64,000 nt of DNA from Balanoglossus misakiensis (Eukaryota > Animalia > Hemichordata), in the NCBI GenBank assembly GCA_040954595.2, contig CM082586.2:3950349-4014348 (forward strand). Direction: 5' to 3'. Both the position numbers and the translations under genes were made by a program. Numbering within the stretch: position 1 is the stretch's first letter; every line of letters starts with the position of its first letter. Shown piece after piece: positions 48,532 through 62,109 of the stretch. The notes below the pieces were generated by a model. The model had not been told where the DNA came from, did no database searches, and saw nothing but the letters and a program-made list of their open reading frames with translations.

Positions 48532-49855
48532 AAGGAACGTACGACATTTTACGGATATACCATCAAACAAATATTCTGCTCTGTGTGTGACTGTCATTAG
48601 GATGAAATAGATGCAAGAAAGATTTTACAAAAATAGTAAAATTAAGGTGACGCAGTAATTGGTATTCATTGTTTTAGCAAACCCATCATATTGTATCGGT
48701 AGACATTACAGCTAGTGTACATTTGTGTAGAGATTATGTACAAAAGAATTGTTAAATCAAAGGATAGAAATCTGAAACTCAGATACTAAAAACATTATGT
48801 AAAGACATTATTTTTGTGGAGATGACATGTATATTTTTGTTTATGTGTATTATACTTTTTCAGTATGACCTATCTGAAATATATTTAACCATTGATCATA
48901 TCATATCAATCATATCAAATCATAAAACTAACTGACATAGTTCTGCAAATCCTGCTATTAAAGTACTGTTGATTTGTATCTGTCAACCAAACAACCACCA
49001 TAGCCAAAATGTAAAAATATAACCACTACAAGGAAATATTGTAATGCAGGTTTTGCAGAAATGTGTACTAAAAAGTTAACATATCTCTTTATGTATACTG
49101 TTGATGGTCAAGATGGAGTTTCAGTATATTGTATTTATTGTTAATGTGAATTTTACCAAGACAAGAAAAAGATAGATTATTTATTGTGTATAAAAATATG
49201 TAGAGAACAGTATTTGATGTATTTAAAATGTCACTAAATAAATGTATATCGTCGACTGTGAATTCAACTAAAATGGAAATGTTTGTTTGTTTCTTGTTTG
49301 TGATTATTGATTGGCACAAAAATGTTTGTTTGTTTACACATAAGGTCACGTTTTTTTTTTTGTTTTTTTTTTGACGGGTTAGGGTATATTCAATGGTTAG
49401 GGTAAGGGCTGGGATCGATTAAGATTGGGGTTCATTCACCTCCCTTGTGGAGCAAATAAACCCCAACCCTATTTCTTATTATGTCAATCAATATCAAACA
49501 AACAGATAAACATTGTTTTGTTTATGATCGCATGTCGCAGTTTAGCAACTCATAGGTCGCATTCGCGCGTCGTTACTATGGAAATCTATGGAGATCCGTT
49601 CGTCTTCCATCATATTCCATATACGAAAATACATTTTATTCGAGTGAGGGCGTGCTTCAATCCGAATCCGAATCTGAATCCGAAATCAATGCCATTTGCA
49701 AATTTGACTTCAGCGTTGTCTGTGTGTCGCTGGTTATTCACATGTGTTATTTGCCAGTTGTAAACAGCGGGCATTGGATGTGGTAGAACTTCACCGGAAC
49801 GACGTAGATCAACTGCATTATCGCTCCGAAGCTCGATTATATAGCAAGGAGAAAT

Positions 49856-52800
49856 ATGCTGCGCGACAGAGAGCAATTGTACAGACTGATGATCAGGTAA
49901 ATATAAATAACTGTGCAGACTATATTATGTGTATTGACTATTGTGCTTCACTGTGTTGTGTTGTGTCGTCTGTCGACGAGATCTTGCTGCAGTTTTGCAG
50001 CCCCTCCGTCAAGGGGGGCCGGAGGGGCTGCAAGACTGCAGCAAGACGAGATCTTGAACTTGGAAGTCGGTGGCACCACAGACCCTAACATTTTTTCCTT
50101 CGTTTTCAATTTCAGTCAGCTGTTATATGACGGCTATGATTCCCTTGCAGTAAGCCTGGGTAAGGCTGTCAATACGTCATTAGACTGTCCGCCTTCTGAT
50201 AAACTTATGAGAATTACTAAACTTGGATTAGAAGTTGATTCACAACGTAAGTACATTACAAGTTGCAAGAAGGTATACAGGCAAGCAGAATACAGGGTAT
50301 ATTATGCTGTTTGGAGGAGAACGAAAAATTGCATTTTTACACAGAAGAAGAATACTGAAATTTAAAGCCAAAAGTTACAGCTAATGTCTATTAAAGTATA
50401 AGTGCATGTAATTTCTCATTTCACGTTTCAGGTGAAGAAAAAAATGACATGGCAGCAAGATCTGTGGACCATGTTGCCCCAGGAACTGGAATTGACTTGG
50501 AATTTGACACAGATGGTTTGTAGGGGCAAAGAGTCCCCATATTAACCTTGTACTTGTTTGTAGTATTAAATAATTGCAGTAGTGCATTTCAATGTCATGT
50601 TGCAGTTAGCATGGTCAGGGACTGCAGTATGAGAAACTATGAGCTATAGTAGTGAAAGATTGCCACCTTTCAGCCAGAAGAGTTAAACTTGAGCTTTTGT
50701 GCTTTACTTCATTTTTGCAGTTCAAACAATTGCACCCGAAGCTGCCCTCTATGAGACTTGTTATGTCACGGCACACAAGGGACCTTGCAGGGCAGCAGCC
50801 TGGAGCAGAGATGGTAAGCATTCAACTCAGATGCACTGAAGATGCTTTACTTCTCCGTGTTTTGTAGCAGTTGTGTTGTATTCCTATTTTCTGAAGATCA
50901 GTTTCGAGCTGACATTAACTGTATAACGTAGGGTGATTAAATAATGAATTCCAATCCGCAGGTCAACTTGTGGCTACAGGATCAGACGATGCGTCCATCA
51001 AAATATTAGACGTGGAAAGAATGCTTGCCAAGAGTGCCACACCAGCTCTCATACTAGCCAGTGAAACTGCCCAGCAGAACATGGAAAATCACCCTGTGAT
51101 CAGAACTCTGTATGATCACATAGAGGTATGGATCTCTTTCAAATCAAACTACCAATGATAGGTTTTCACTTGGTGCCACACAAAAAGTGCACCGCCAAAT
51201 GGCTATACTGTGGCTTGTCATTACCATGCCATGAGATGATCTAGAAGCAAGCCATTCATACATGCACAATTCATCATATAATATCTTACAGGAAATAACA
51301 ACACTGGATTTTCATCCCACTCAACAAATCTTGGCATCTGGCAGCAAAGATTACACTGTCAAGTTCTTTGATTATTCCAAACCTTCTGTCAAGAGAGCGT
51401 CCAGGAGTATCCAGGTAAGACACCGTATTGTTATTCTCATCATCATTCTAATGCAATAATTTGCAGCATGAGAAGCTTTTTACAAGACTTGAGCACTTTC
51501 ACAGTGACCCATAGTTGTATTTAGCTTAGCCACAGAATTCAATGTCGTGAGTAAATGTTTGTTTTGGTTTTTAGGAAGCAGAATTAGTCCGCTGTTTATC
51601 CTTCCATCCCTCTGGTGATTTCATTCTCGTGGGAACACAACACCCGACACGTAAGTCTGTACTTCCGATTCTTGGAGACATGTTGGATTCTGTTGATCAA
51701 TCTCATGTTTGCAATCAATAATCACAAATTGATATGTACTGTTCTTTGTGTTTGCAGTTCGTCTGTACGATGTCAACACTTCTCAGTGTTTTGTGTCCTG
51801 CAACCCGAAAGATCAACACACGGCGCCAATCACTGCAGTAAGTCTTTTTTGTGTGCTGTACTTCATTGATTCCTGTTCTTGAAGTTGTGATCAAAGTCTG
51901 ACAACCATACACACACAGGTTTTAACAAGAATTGTCACTTTTGAGGCGTTTACGTGATGGGCCTTGCGTCGTTTGTCCAGTGTCACATGAGAATGTCCTC
52001 CCATATAAACTGTCTAGCCAAGCAGAATCTACGTGTAGCAGTTCTAAAAGTTTCCAAAAATGGTTCATTAGATTAATAGTCCCTTGTGGTTTCCAGGTCC
52101 AGTATTGTCACAGCGCCAATTTGTACGCCAGCTGCAGTAAAGATGGCGACATCAAGATCTGGGACGGTGTCAGTAACAGATGCATAAACACATTTAGCAA
52201 GGCACATGGCGGGAACGAAGTCTGTTCTGTGACATTCTCCAGAAATTCCAAGGTAGGTACAGTCAAACCTGTCTATAGCAGCCAGTCAAGGGACTTTCCT
52301 AAACTGGCCTTCATAGACAGGTGGCCTTATAATGTACATGTAAATTGCAGAGATACTGTAACAAAGTGGCCACTGAAAACTTACGAAAATATTTCAACAG
52401 CATTCTAGTGAAATAGAAATGTTTTGGAAACTAACATTTTTCTGGAAATCTGTCCCCGAGGCACACACTACCTTCATAACATGAACAGTTTCTGAATAAA
52501 ATCTGTTTCCTCTCCTGCTCTCCAGTATGTGTTATCAAGTGGCAAGGATTCACTGATCAAACTCTGGGAGATCTCGACGAATCGCTGTCTCATCACGTAC
52601 ACTGGCGCTGGTTCGGGCAAACAGAATCACAGAACACAGGCTGTCTTCAATCACACGGAAGATTATGGTAAGATTTTAGTCCTAGAGTCAAGCTGTGCTG
52701 AACCCTGAAAAGCATTGACTAATTTATGTCCTCGTGTGAATTTCAATTCTCAGTTCTCTTTCCTGATGAGAAAACAACGAGTCTGTGTTGTTGGGATTCC

Positions 52801-53155
52801 AGAAATGCTGAAAGACAAAAACTGCTATCCCTAGGTGAGTTGGTTACAATTTGAACATTCAGCATCTGAATTCATGTATGTATATGTAACAATTTAACGA
52901 CAAATCCTGTTTGACTTTTGATTTCAGTTTAAAAACTGCCAAAGTCACCAACTCAAAACAATATGTTTGTGTAATTTCTTGAAAATTTCATCTTTGTTTA
53001 TAGCATGGTACTCATTGTTCAACTGGGTCTTATCTATTTCAGGTCACAACAATGTCGTACGTTGCATGGTCCATTCGCCTACCAGCCCTGGTTTTATCAC
53101 CTGCAGTGATGATTTCCGAGCCAGATTCTGGTATCGACGATCGGACAGTGATTAG
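49856..53155 (+). CDS. CSTF1: Cleavage stimulation factor 50 kDa subunit (WD40), about 12 exons; first 49856-49896 and 50116-50246, last ending 53155
   Basis: [98 protein letters not shown]. Confidence 0.96.
52258..52332. mobile_element. Tc1/mariner-type MITE fragment (second fragment near 47469-47513)
   Basis: TA|CAGTCAAACCTGTC..GCCAGTCAAGGGACTTTCCTAAA is shared with an SLC17 intron (CAGTCAAAACTGTC..GCCAGTCAAGGGACTTTCCTAAA). Confidence 0.55.
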
Positions 53156-54917
53156 ACATAGTTACAGCTACGTTTCAGTTCATGGCAAAAGGGGTGAAAG
53201 ATATTGTCGTTTTGAACTGAATTATACTGTTTGTTACGTTTTTCTTCTCAGTAAAATAAAAAAAAAGTATCTCAAATGAGTTACCCGTGATGATGTTGTC
53301 TAATGTTATCGTCATTCAAGCTTAGATGTTAGTTACTAGTATCGATCTTTTTCACATATTTTCTTGTATACGGAACCAACCACACCAGTTTGACCCTGAA
53401 ATGTTTAAAGGGACAAAGGCGCTATTTTTGACCGTTTTGTGATGTAAAGAATACATACATATACTTGCATAACGACGGTCAGTGTATAAAATAAAGATTA
53501 CTATGGTAATGTCGTTTCCATCGGCAAATCATCTTTACCTGAGAACGAAGGCACGTGCGTGCGTGTGTGTGTGTTGTGATGAAGTTTATTATTTGTTTTG
53601 TTTCATGGCCAGGTGCACCTAAGTATGTTGATTTCTTTATTTAACATATTAGCGTGACCAGGTGTTAGTTTTTGGGTCGTATAAAAGCCACCCAGTGCCA
53701 CGTTGTCGGGTGGCTCATTTTGATTCTGGTCTGTGCCGTCGCATTGTCGAGGCGTTTTTGGAGCCCACCGTACGGAGTGCCTGTCTACTGTGGTAGCTGA
53801 GGATTGAAACTGCCGAAGGGACTTGTGAAGCCGTGGTGGATGTTTTCGAGGACGCCGCGTGGAATTTGGGAGCCGTCCTGAGGGAGCGCGTCTCCGTGTC
53901 ACTGTGGAACTGCATTTGAGGTAATACGTGGTTGTCTTTTGTACACTGGCGTTAAACGGACAGAAAGGCCAGAATTGTTGTGCGTCGAGTCACCAACTGT
54001 TTGTGAGACTTTGAACTTGTTCTGAATTTTGTTTGGTCACCTGGTTACGCTCGAGTTTAGTTTGTAGTTTATTGTAAACATTAGTTAACATAGTGTGAAT
54101 ATTACTCGTATCTGCAATTAAATTAACACTGTAAATAGACTGGTTTGTTGTACGTGTGCTGTCTTTGACCATTTCTTTTGTTACGGCCTGTTGGCCGGTT
54201 CGGGTGTAAAACAATTGGCCTTTCTATACTCCGCATATTTTTGGCTCGGACGGCCTGCGGGTCGTAACAGTGTGTGTGTGGGTGTGTGTGTGGGGTTATA
54301 ATTACTCGGAAAACGTAAAATTTGTTTTATTGAAAATTATCTCGCTGGAATTCGCGGTATAATTCACGTAGTGTTGATGACTTCACTATCAAATAACACT
54401 AACTGTGGAGTCGAATTTGACAATTTTAAACGATCATCAGACAAACCTTTACCTCAACGAAAATAGGGTGACCCATTACCCCTGGCAGTGTCATTGTCTT
54501 CTATTAAAACCGTTGCATAATCGCAGGGTGTGGACTTTCTCATCCCAGTTTGCGAGCGGAAACTCAAGTAAACGGTAAGTAAAATGCCACTCATGACTGT
54601 TTCATCAGAGTACGATTTGGACGGCACGCTCCAATGTTTAAAATCATGCACTCTTGCCAACAAGAGACAGCTTAGAGACTGATGTTTTCATTTGTAACCG
54701 AAATGTTCCGAACAGGAGGTAAACAGACATTTACATTGTGCGCTCTGCCGTGATCCTTGATAAGAATAGCAGTCTACTTGAACTTGTGAACAAACTCTTA
54801 CTCTAGAGTTAAAGATGAGGTTCATTTTGGCGAAACTAAACAATCATCAACATCCGTGATTTATATAAATTTTGTTACTTTTTCAGTCAACTAGTTATCC
54901 TATCAGATATATCAAGA

Positions 54918-55539
54918 ATGTCTCGGATTGCGGTTATTCTGTGCATGGCCTTGTTTCTGGGCCTGTTAATTCCTGATACAGATAGTATTGCAAGGCGTCG
55001 TCATACCAAAGAAGTCATCCCTGGCCATGCCAAGAAGGACAGTATCAAATCTGAAGTTCTTAAGGAAATCATGTAAGGCCTTCAAATGATCCATCCATCC
55101 ACTTTTCCGTGCTTTTCCATAATTGTTAGCTCCTCCAGTCCTGTTGACAGATATTCATAGAAGACCTGAAGCGAAAAGAAGACATAGATATATTAAAATT
55201 AAAAATATACATATTTTCTGGTTTAAAAGATGACCTATTAATACACAACTGATGCCAATACCCAATAGTCTAGACATGTGTACAGGTGACATGGAAAAAG
55301 GAAATAAGTATTGCAAAATATATTGTCAAACACGAATCAGGAGAGGAACGTTTCTTCAATGGTGTCTTTGAATTTATCCGATAGGAACTTTTAGTAATTG
55401 ATTATAGATTGCACGTGTTAAATCGGATCCTTTTATTTTTGGCAGGGATGAGTTTAAAAAAGAAATCAAGGAGAGAGAAATGGCAGACGAATTCAAGAAG
55501 AGAGTGATAGAGCTCGAACGAATCAAGGAAGAGGAATAA
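54918..55539 (+). CDS. Small secreted peptide precursor, copy A, 82 aa; exons 54918-55072 and 55446-55539
   Basis: MSRIAVILCMALFLGLLIPDTDS IARRRHTKEVIPGHAKKDSIKSEVLKEIM|DEFKKEIKEREMADEFKKRVIELERIKEEE*. Signal peptide, phase-2 GT-AG intron, paralogous to copy B. Not present in the supplied ORF track. Confidence 0.8.
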
Positions 55540-57211
55540 CAATTGAAAACACTCCATTGTTCAGACTCTCGGATTCACGGGCCTTGTTACATCATCGCTG
55601 TGTCCGAGACTGAATCTGCGACCGACGCTGAATATAGTCTATTATCGTTATCATTGTAGCAGTAGAAAAAGTATTGTTCTGTACTTTCCGCAATGGTATA
55701 ACATGTCATAACCACTTGGAACAAAATTGGCTTGTGAATGTGCGTCAGTTTATGAAATACTTTAGTTTTCACGTGGATTTTTTTCTGTCTTTTTTGTTTG
55801 TTTTCTAACTACGTTTTTTAACAACTTTGAAAACGATCTTTATTGGATAAAGTTTTTTTTTTATATCCCGGTCATTGTGGCGCTACAGTCCGTAATATGT
55901 GGGTGCTGGTTTGCCTCACTCAAGAAACATGTCCAAACCTATTACCTCGAGCCACAGAGGGCATCGACCACAAACACGGCTATAGGCACATTCTCGCCAG
56001 GTATATCTTCGTCCATGCGCAACGTTGATCAAAAGGTTCTGTCGTTTTCATGGCCAGAAATGTATGAGCTCAATAGCTTGTTATTTCGTCTCATACAATG
56101 ACGTATCTTTGCTTGAGTGCACAGGCCACAGAGATGAATTGCAAATTACTCTAGTTCTCTATTATAGACACAGTATGTGAATTCTATGCCTCCGTGGTTC
56201 AGTAGTTGCATCTTTTGACCTCTTTGCGTTATTTCTGTCGCTTGTTATCGTATCATACAGATTCCTTCTTCTTCTTGTACTTGTACAATTCTATTCCCCT
56301 ATATTATATATCGGTAGACATATCCTTTACATATGCAACGACGTTTGTTGTGAATTCAGGGCAATAAGTTCTAGAAAGTTATGGACACGGTTTGTAACAT
56401 CAAGATCACAGTCAATTTGAATTGCTTTCCCCCTGAAAAGAAAATAGGCGTGAACTACAAGATCATAGTCCTTACCTTGTTAATGGTGGAGCAATTTTAG
56501 TTTAGTTGAAGGGGTGATGAGTGACCTAAAAACTACATAAATTTAATCTGGGGCACATAATCCCATATATGGTTTAGGCCTAAGTCGTAGTCATGAAGAT
56601 TTTATAAATAAATCTACGCAATTTGGCGCCGATTTTGACAGTTTATTACAAACATTACGCGGACTGTGCCATTAAATTGGAGACAGTTTACCTCGATGAA
56701 AATAGGATGACCGACCCGGTCAGCTGAATTTGTCTTCTAAATCTCTGCGTTTTCGTAAGGCGTGGCATTTCTCTGGCCAGGCTGAGCGCAGAAACACTCG
56801 GAGAAAGGTGAGTACAATTTAATGCCAAACTTCAATTGAATGTTGTTGTTTTTACCCTTGATTTATTAATTAGACATTATATAATTTAACTGTAACTACG
56901 TTTTCGCGAACTGAGGATAACCAATGTTTTTACTTCATAAATTGTGACCACGCCGCTCTTGGAAAAAAAAACCACGTACTGACGACAACTCTTGACCTGT
57001 ACAATCTTTCTCATACGTGCAGTTAAATTGGGGACGGGTAGAAAGCATTTTATTCAACACAAAGTTTCATTCCGTTCGGCATGGTTGCCTTAATAACACG
57101 TTACAGCCAGAACTCCGTTGACAATTAATGAGCATTTTTGAATTGTATTGAATGTTGTCGCTCTTCACTTTTCAGACAATAAAAAATCCTCTCAGATTCA
57201 TAATCTCGACA

Positions 57212-57978
57212 ATGGCTCGGATTGCGCTGCTCCTGTGTGTGGCCTTGTTATTGGCTCTGTTTATTCCTGACACTGTCGGGTTCGGTAGTCGTCGTCGTTC
57301 CAAAAAAGTCATCTCTGACCACGCCAAGAAGAACAGTATTAAAGCTGAAGTTCTTAACGAAATCGTGTAAGTCCTTACATGCATGCATGCGGGCACACAC
57401 ACACACATACATACATAGATACATACATATACGAAATATGCGGTTCGACTGGTCAGATACAAAGTGCTCAATACAAAAGTAGAGCGGGGTATAAAGAAGG
57501 GTAGTAGGAGAAACGAAAGGCGGTAAAATCTCTACAACGCTGTTTCGTGAGTCACTAGACTCGCTCATCAGGAGACTAAACTGGCGAAAATGCGAGGGGG
57601 GAAGGCGCGTTTATATGCAGGTACACAGGTGGTGGAATGTAGGTTGGGATGGGCCGTTTTGCATAACAATGTGTATAGCTGGTGATATGTACGTACTAGT
57701 ATGTGCTGTGCGGTGTGCTAGGAACTCCCCACACAACACATACATATGTGAATATCCATCAGTTAGCTCATTCAAATGGACAATTCCGAATTTGAAAATA
57801 AAAATAAAGAAAAGTAGTGCAAACAAGCTTTTAATTTTTTTTTTTTTTTGGCAGTGATGAACTGAGAGAAGAAATTCAGAGGAGTGAGTCAAGTGAAACC
57901 AGCAGTGAAGAAAGAAGAGGATTCGAAGCTGAGTTCGAGAGAGTTCTAGAGCTTGAGAAAATGTTGGAGGAGGAGTAA
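57212..57978 (+). CDS. Small secreted peptide precursor, copy B, 92 aa; exons 57212-57366 and 57855-57978
   Basis: MARIALLLCVALLLALFIPDTVG FGSRRRSKKVISDHAKKNSIKAEVLNEIV|DELREEIQRSESSETSSEERRGFEAEFERVLELEKMLEEE*. Same 155-nt first coding exon and a homologous start of the 3' UTR as copy A. Confidence 0.82.
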
Positions 57979-60000
57979 CAATGTAAAACGACGCCATTGC
58001 AGACTCTCAGATTGAAAAACCTAGTTAGGCCTATGTCATCGCACTGTATGGGACTTAATGAACGGTGTAAAAGTCTCATCACTCTGATTGTTGTAACAAT
58101 GAAAAAAAAGAATTGTTTTGTACTACAGTGTCTGCAATAAGACTTGTTTCCGTCTAAATAAAAATGTGACCACCTAAATAAAAAATGCGTCTGTACAGTG
58201 CCATAGAAATACACCTTACCCGGACAATATCTGGCTACGTGCAGAATTGAATCAACTCTGCTTTGATTTGGAGGTGGGTTCCCCAAAACCGCAAAAGAAT
58301 AGATAGGGGTACATAACCCCTTCATACATGTATTAATGGAAACAGTTGTAATGGAGACTTTATCAATAAATCTACTAATGTGGCGTCGAATCATACGGTG
58401 TACATGTATTTAGATACCTTATCTGTAATCTCTCTTATTATTGTAACAATAATAAAGAATAGTGTTGTACTAAAGCGTCTGTGAGTGTTATTTTTTAGTT
58501 TGACATTAAAGACCAATAATCAGTTGCTGTTTAAAACAGCTTTCTGATACTTCCAAAGGGGACTTCTTTCCTCTCGTCGTTTCGACACTATTCTTTCGCT
58601 TCTCACTTATACAAAACCGGAAGTAAAAATAACGATGTCAAATATACAAAATTTATGAACATTTCGAGAATCACGCAAGAACTCATGACGTCATTCTTCT
58701 ACACTATAAAATACTGATGCGCCCTCAACAGTTTGGCTAACTAACACAGGCCACCTTGGATTGGCTTGGGTGAACATTGAGGGCGCACACTCAATAAGCG
58801 GAATTCGCACACTAATGTACAGGTGGCTTGTTTTATACTCTGTCAATTATAACATACCGATCCGCTGAACCAAAAATACAAGTAATTTACAATATTTTTG
58901 CTTGTGGTAAAACATTCATTTTGCACACCCTAGCTAAAATTCTGTATGTGTCAAAAGGGACGCGTCACACGATGACAATCTTTCAGGCCACCCAGGACAG
59001 GGGATAGCTCCATCCCTGAACTCCGATATACATGCAGTGTATCATGATACAACCAGGATAGGAAGGAGAGGGCTTGCTGTGTGGTAGTTTCGGTGTTACT
59101 CGAAACGGCACACATCACAATTCCGTTGGAAAAGAAAATGGAATGGTAAGAGGTTTCGAAAGCTATTTCAATGCTTTTCCAAGTCTATTAAAACTTGGCA
59201 AGCACGAAATTTGTAAATTGTTGTAATATTAATATATTCTTGACAATTGTTACAAGCGACCGTTTCCGAACTCCACGAGAGCTTGTTAGTGGGATCTATG
59301 TCAACTTTGTGCAGTTCGGTGCGGCCTGGATTGGGTGCGTTTCATACGTGCCTGTGTGCATTCTAATGATATTATAATTATATTATAATATAGTATAATT
59401 TATGATAATTTACTAATATATGCTAATAGCCCAACGACCTTGACCCAAACTATCCGGCAAGTTCCAAAGGCATTTGTTAATAACCAAATCATTGGTTCAG
59501 ATTTCAGCAATGAAGTCAACTCCTGAGATTAGTTATAAAATGTTTGTTTTGCAATTTTATTCATGTATATTACGCTTCTAGTTACTGGGAGTGGGAGCGG
59601 CGCGAACACGAAAGGGGGGGGGGGTATCAATGGTAGTAGGAGGCCATTTAGGTCGATCTTAATTATCCAAGGGACTTCCTATCTCGCATGTTTTTAGTTG
59701 TCATTCTGCCTGAAAAAATATATAAAAGCGTACGCATGATGATTTCTGGAGATATTACCGGATCATCCATGCTGTCCCCGTCAATTTTCATCGCTTTGCC
59801 TTCTACGTTCCTCGAATTTTAAAAAGGTATGTTCCACCGACATTTTTGTAGTGACTTAGGGGAACCGAAACAAAATTTACGATGCAATCTACACTGCGCG
59901 CTGGATGTGTGTAGCTGGCTGTTGAGAGTTGTCAATACACTCTCCTGTCGACGCTGCGGTTTTTGACGTTTCGCAAGACGCTGGCTCGTTTTCCTTCTCC

Positions 60001-62109
60001 ATGTTTCGCCTTGAACCGCTCCGCGACGTGTTTCCTTTAGATCGGCACCAGGTAGAGTAGCAGAGTTTTTTCGCTAGTGGTTGTAGATGACTGGGAAGTG
60101 AGTGGGTGGGTGGGGCGCAGCGACCTCTGTTGTACTATACGCGCTACCTATAATCTATATATATATACACACAGCCCGGCGATGTTTGGAAAGTAGGCCA
60201 CATCATTTTCCTTCAAATCTGCCGTTTCTCGTTTGCAGAGATGAGTTTCCCTTTGTATGTTTGTTTTTCATCTTTATCCGAGTGCTTTTGGGAATTTTCA
60301 GAGAATGACAATCTTGGATTTTGTAGTTTTTCGTCATAAATGCGTGAGGACTTGAGATATTCGGAACGTTGCCATCCAATGAAGGGGCGTAGCTACTGCC
60401 CAGGGTAGCGTTAAAACATTGAATATACATTCCAGTTTACTCATTGAAATTTTCTCGGTTTTTGTACATTGTCGTGTTTTTAAATAACATTAATATGAAA
60501 AACACTCTTGTCAATTTTATTTTTCGGATGGTAAGTTTTTGTGTTTTACTGAGTGCGTTCATAATTTGCGGGCGGTAGTTTTCAAGGTCGAGGGCACTTT
60601 GCATATTGCTATGGGTGACCTTGTCCCCATTTCAACTAGTGGACGCGCTAATACTGTATGCATCGAACCACATCGCGGGAGGCCAAATGGAATTTTTATT
60701 TTGTTGTATGTGTGAGGCTCTAAATTCAATGTTTTTACAGCAGAACCCTTATGGATATGTCCCATCCATAAACAATATGTTAATTAGTAAAATGTTACGT
60801 AATTAATGATTACGTAATTTTACTTCAGTTGATGCAAGCTTTAAAACAATATCCTTTGAAGATGTGTATTGAGTCGTTTATTTTAAATAGTACCATAAAA
60901 TAGGTTATTTCGTCCAGAAACGGTAAAAAAAGAAATATATGAAAAAAATGCATTTCGACTTACTATCAAAGGGAAATAGACATCATGTATGTTATTGTCA
61001 AAATGCATATGTTGTTTATTGCAGATCAATTATTTATGCTAATGAATCAAAATACAATTACATATTTATGAGAAATGTGTCAACTGAAAATCTATTTTAC
61101 ATAAAACTTCGTCCATCTGAGAATTTTTTTTTCGTAATTGTCATTTCCAGATACTGGACGAAATCTTCACTGGTGTGGAGCATCATGGGAAAATTTCTGA
61201 AGTTTGGTTGAATGGGCATCAGCTTCATGTGGCCAGCCAAGATGGCAGCAAGTTATTCACATTCGATGCCATGGTTACCGAAGATGACAGTCAAGGCGTG
61301 CAGGTAGTTAACACTTTTTGTAGGTAATCATTTGTATGCAAAAGTAATTGTAACAGCTTTTATGTATGCTTGGTGTGAATTTTACTCATCGCATCGGTAC
61401 TTGTAATTCTATATTGATTTATGTCTACATAGACTCTTGGGAATTTTTCTTAGAGGTCAGAAGGAAGCCATAAATTCAACTTACCTTCCTTTCAAAAGCC
61501 ATAAATAATCATTCACCACTGAACACAATTCTTATTGTGAAATACAAACATTTTACACAGACTTGGATGAACATTTGTTGGTAGAGTAAATTCATTTCAA
61601 TTTCTTGATTTTTTTCATTTTTGAGAAAAAAATCTAAATCAGATATAAATCAGATCATGGTGTGTTTTAAATGACAGCTTTTAATGTTTAATGTTTTTTT
61701 TTTACTCTGCAGGCGAAAAAACAAAATCACTTTGATATCTCATCACCATCATGTATTGTAGGCTTGTTGTTTACTGGAATCGACACAAAACTCACATATG
61801 TGGTAAGTCAATTCACTTGCATGAGTTGCATAGAGCTATTTCCTGCTTATTGAATATCATTTTTGTGATTTTGCTTTTTTTTCTGCTTTCGTTTTGCATA
61901 TCAGGTACACAGCCATGGTCAGATTGAGTGCTGGTCCAACGGTAGTCTGCAGGATTCTGATTGGTCGAGGGTGGCAGAATTCAATTTGATGGTGGATGAT
62001 AATTTTGATCGAGTTTGTTCAGCTGTGCTGTGCAACAGTGTCATCGTTTGGTGTCAAAGGTCGTCCGCAAAAGTGGGTCACTACGCAGTGTGTCAGAAAC
62101 ACTTGACGG
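60001..62109 (+). CDS. HPS6: HPS6-like (BLOC-2 subunit) 5' exons 60001-60051, 61151-61303, 61713-61802, 61905-62109; downstream structure unresolved
   Basis: In-frame splice gives MFRLEPLRDVFPLDRHQILDEIF..LTYVVHSHGQIECW..DWSRVAEFNL..RVCSAVLCNSVIVWCQR..YAVCQKHL. This resembles the HPS6 N-terminus as I recall it (LVWESG..EVW..W....ELC..RVV....LVWCEER..CVCVRTL). Missed by the ORF track. Confidence 0.65.

Noticed and set aside
54483-54500. TGGCAGTGTCATTGTC as a possible miR-34/449 gene
   Set aside because: Similarity stops after about 10 nt, the AGCTGG 3' part is missing, and there is no evident hairpin partner.
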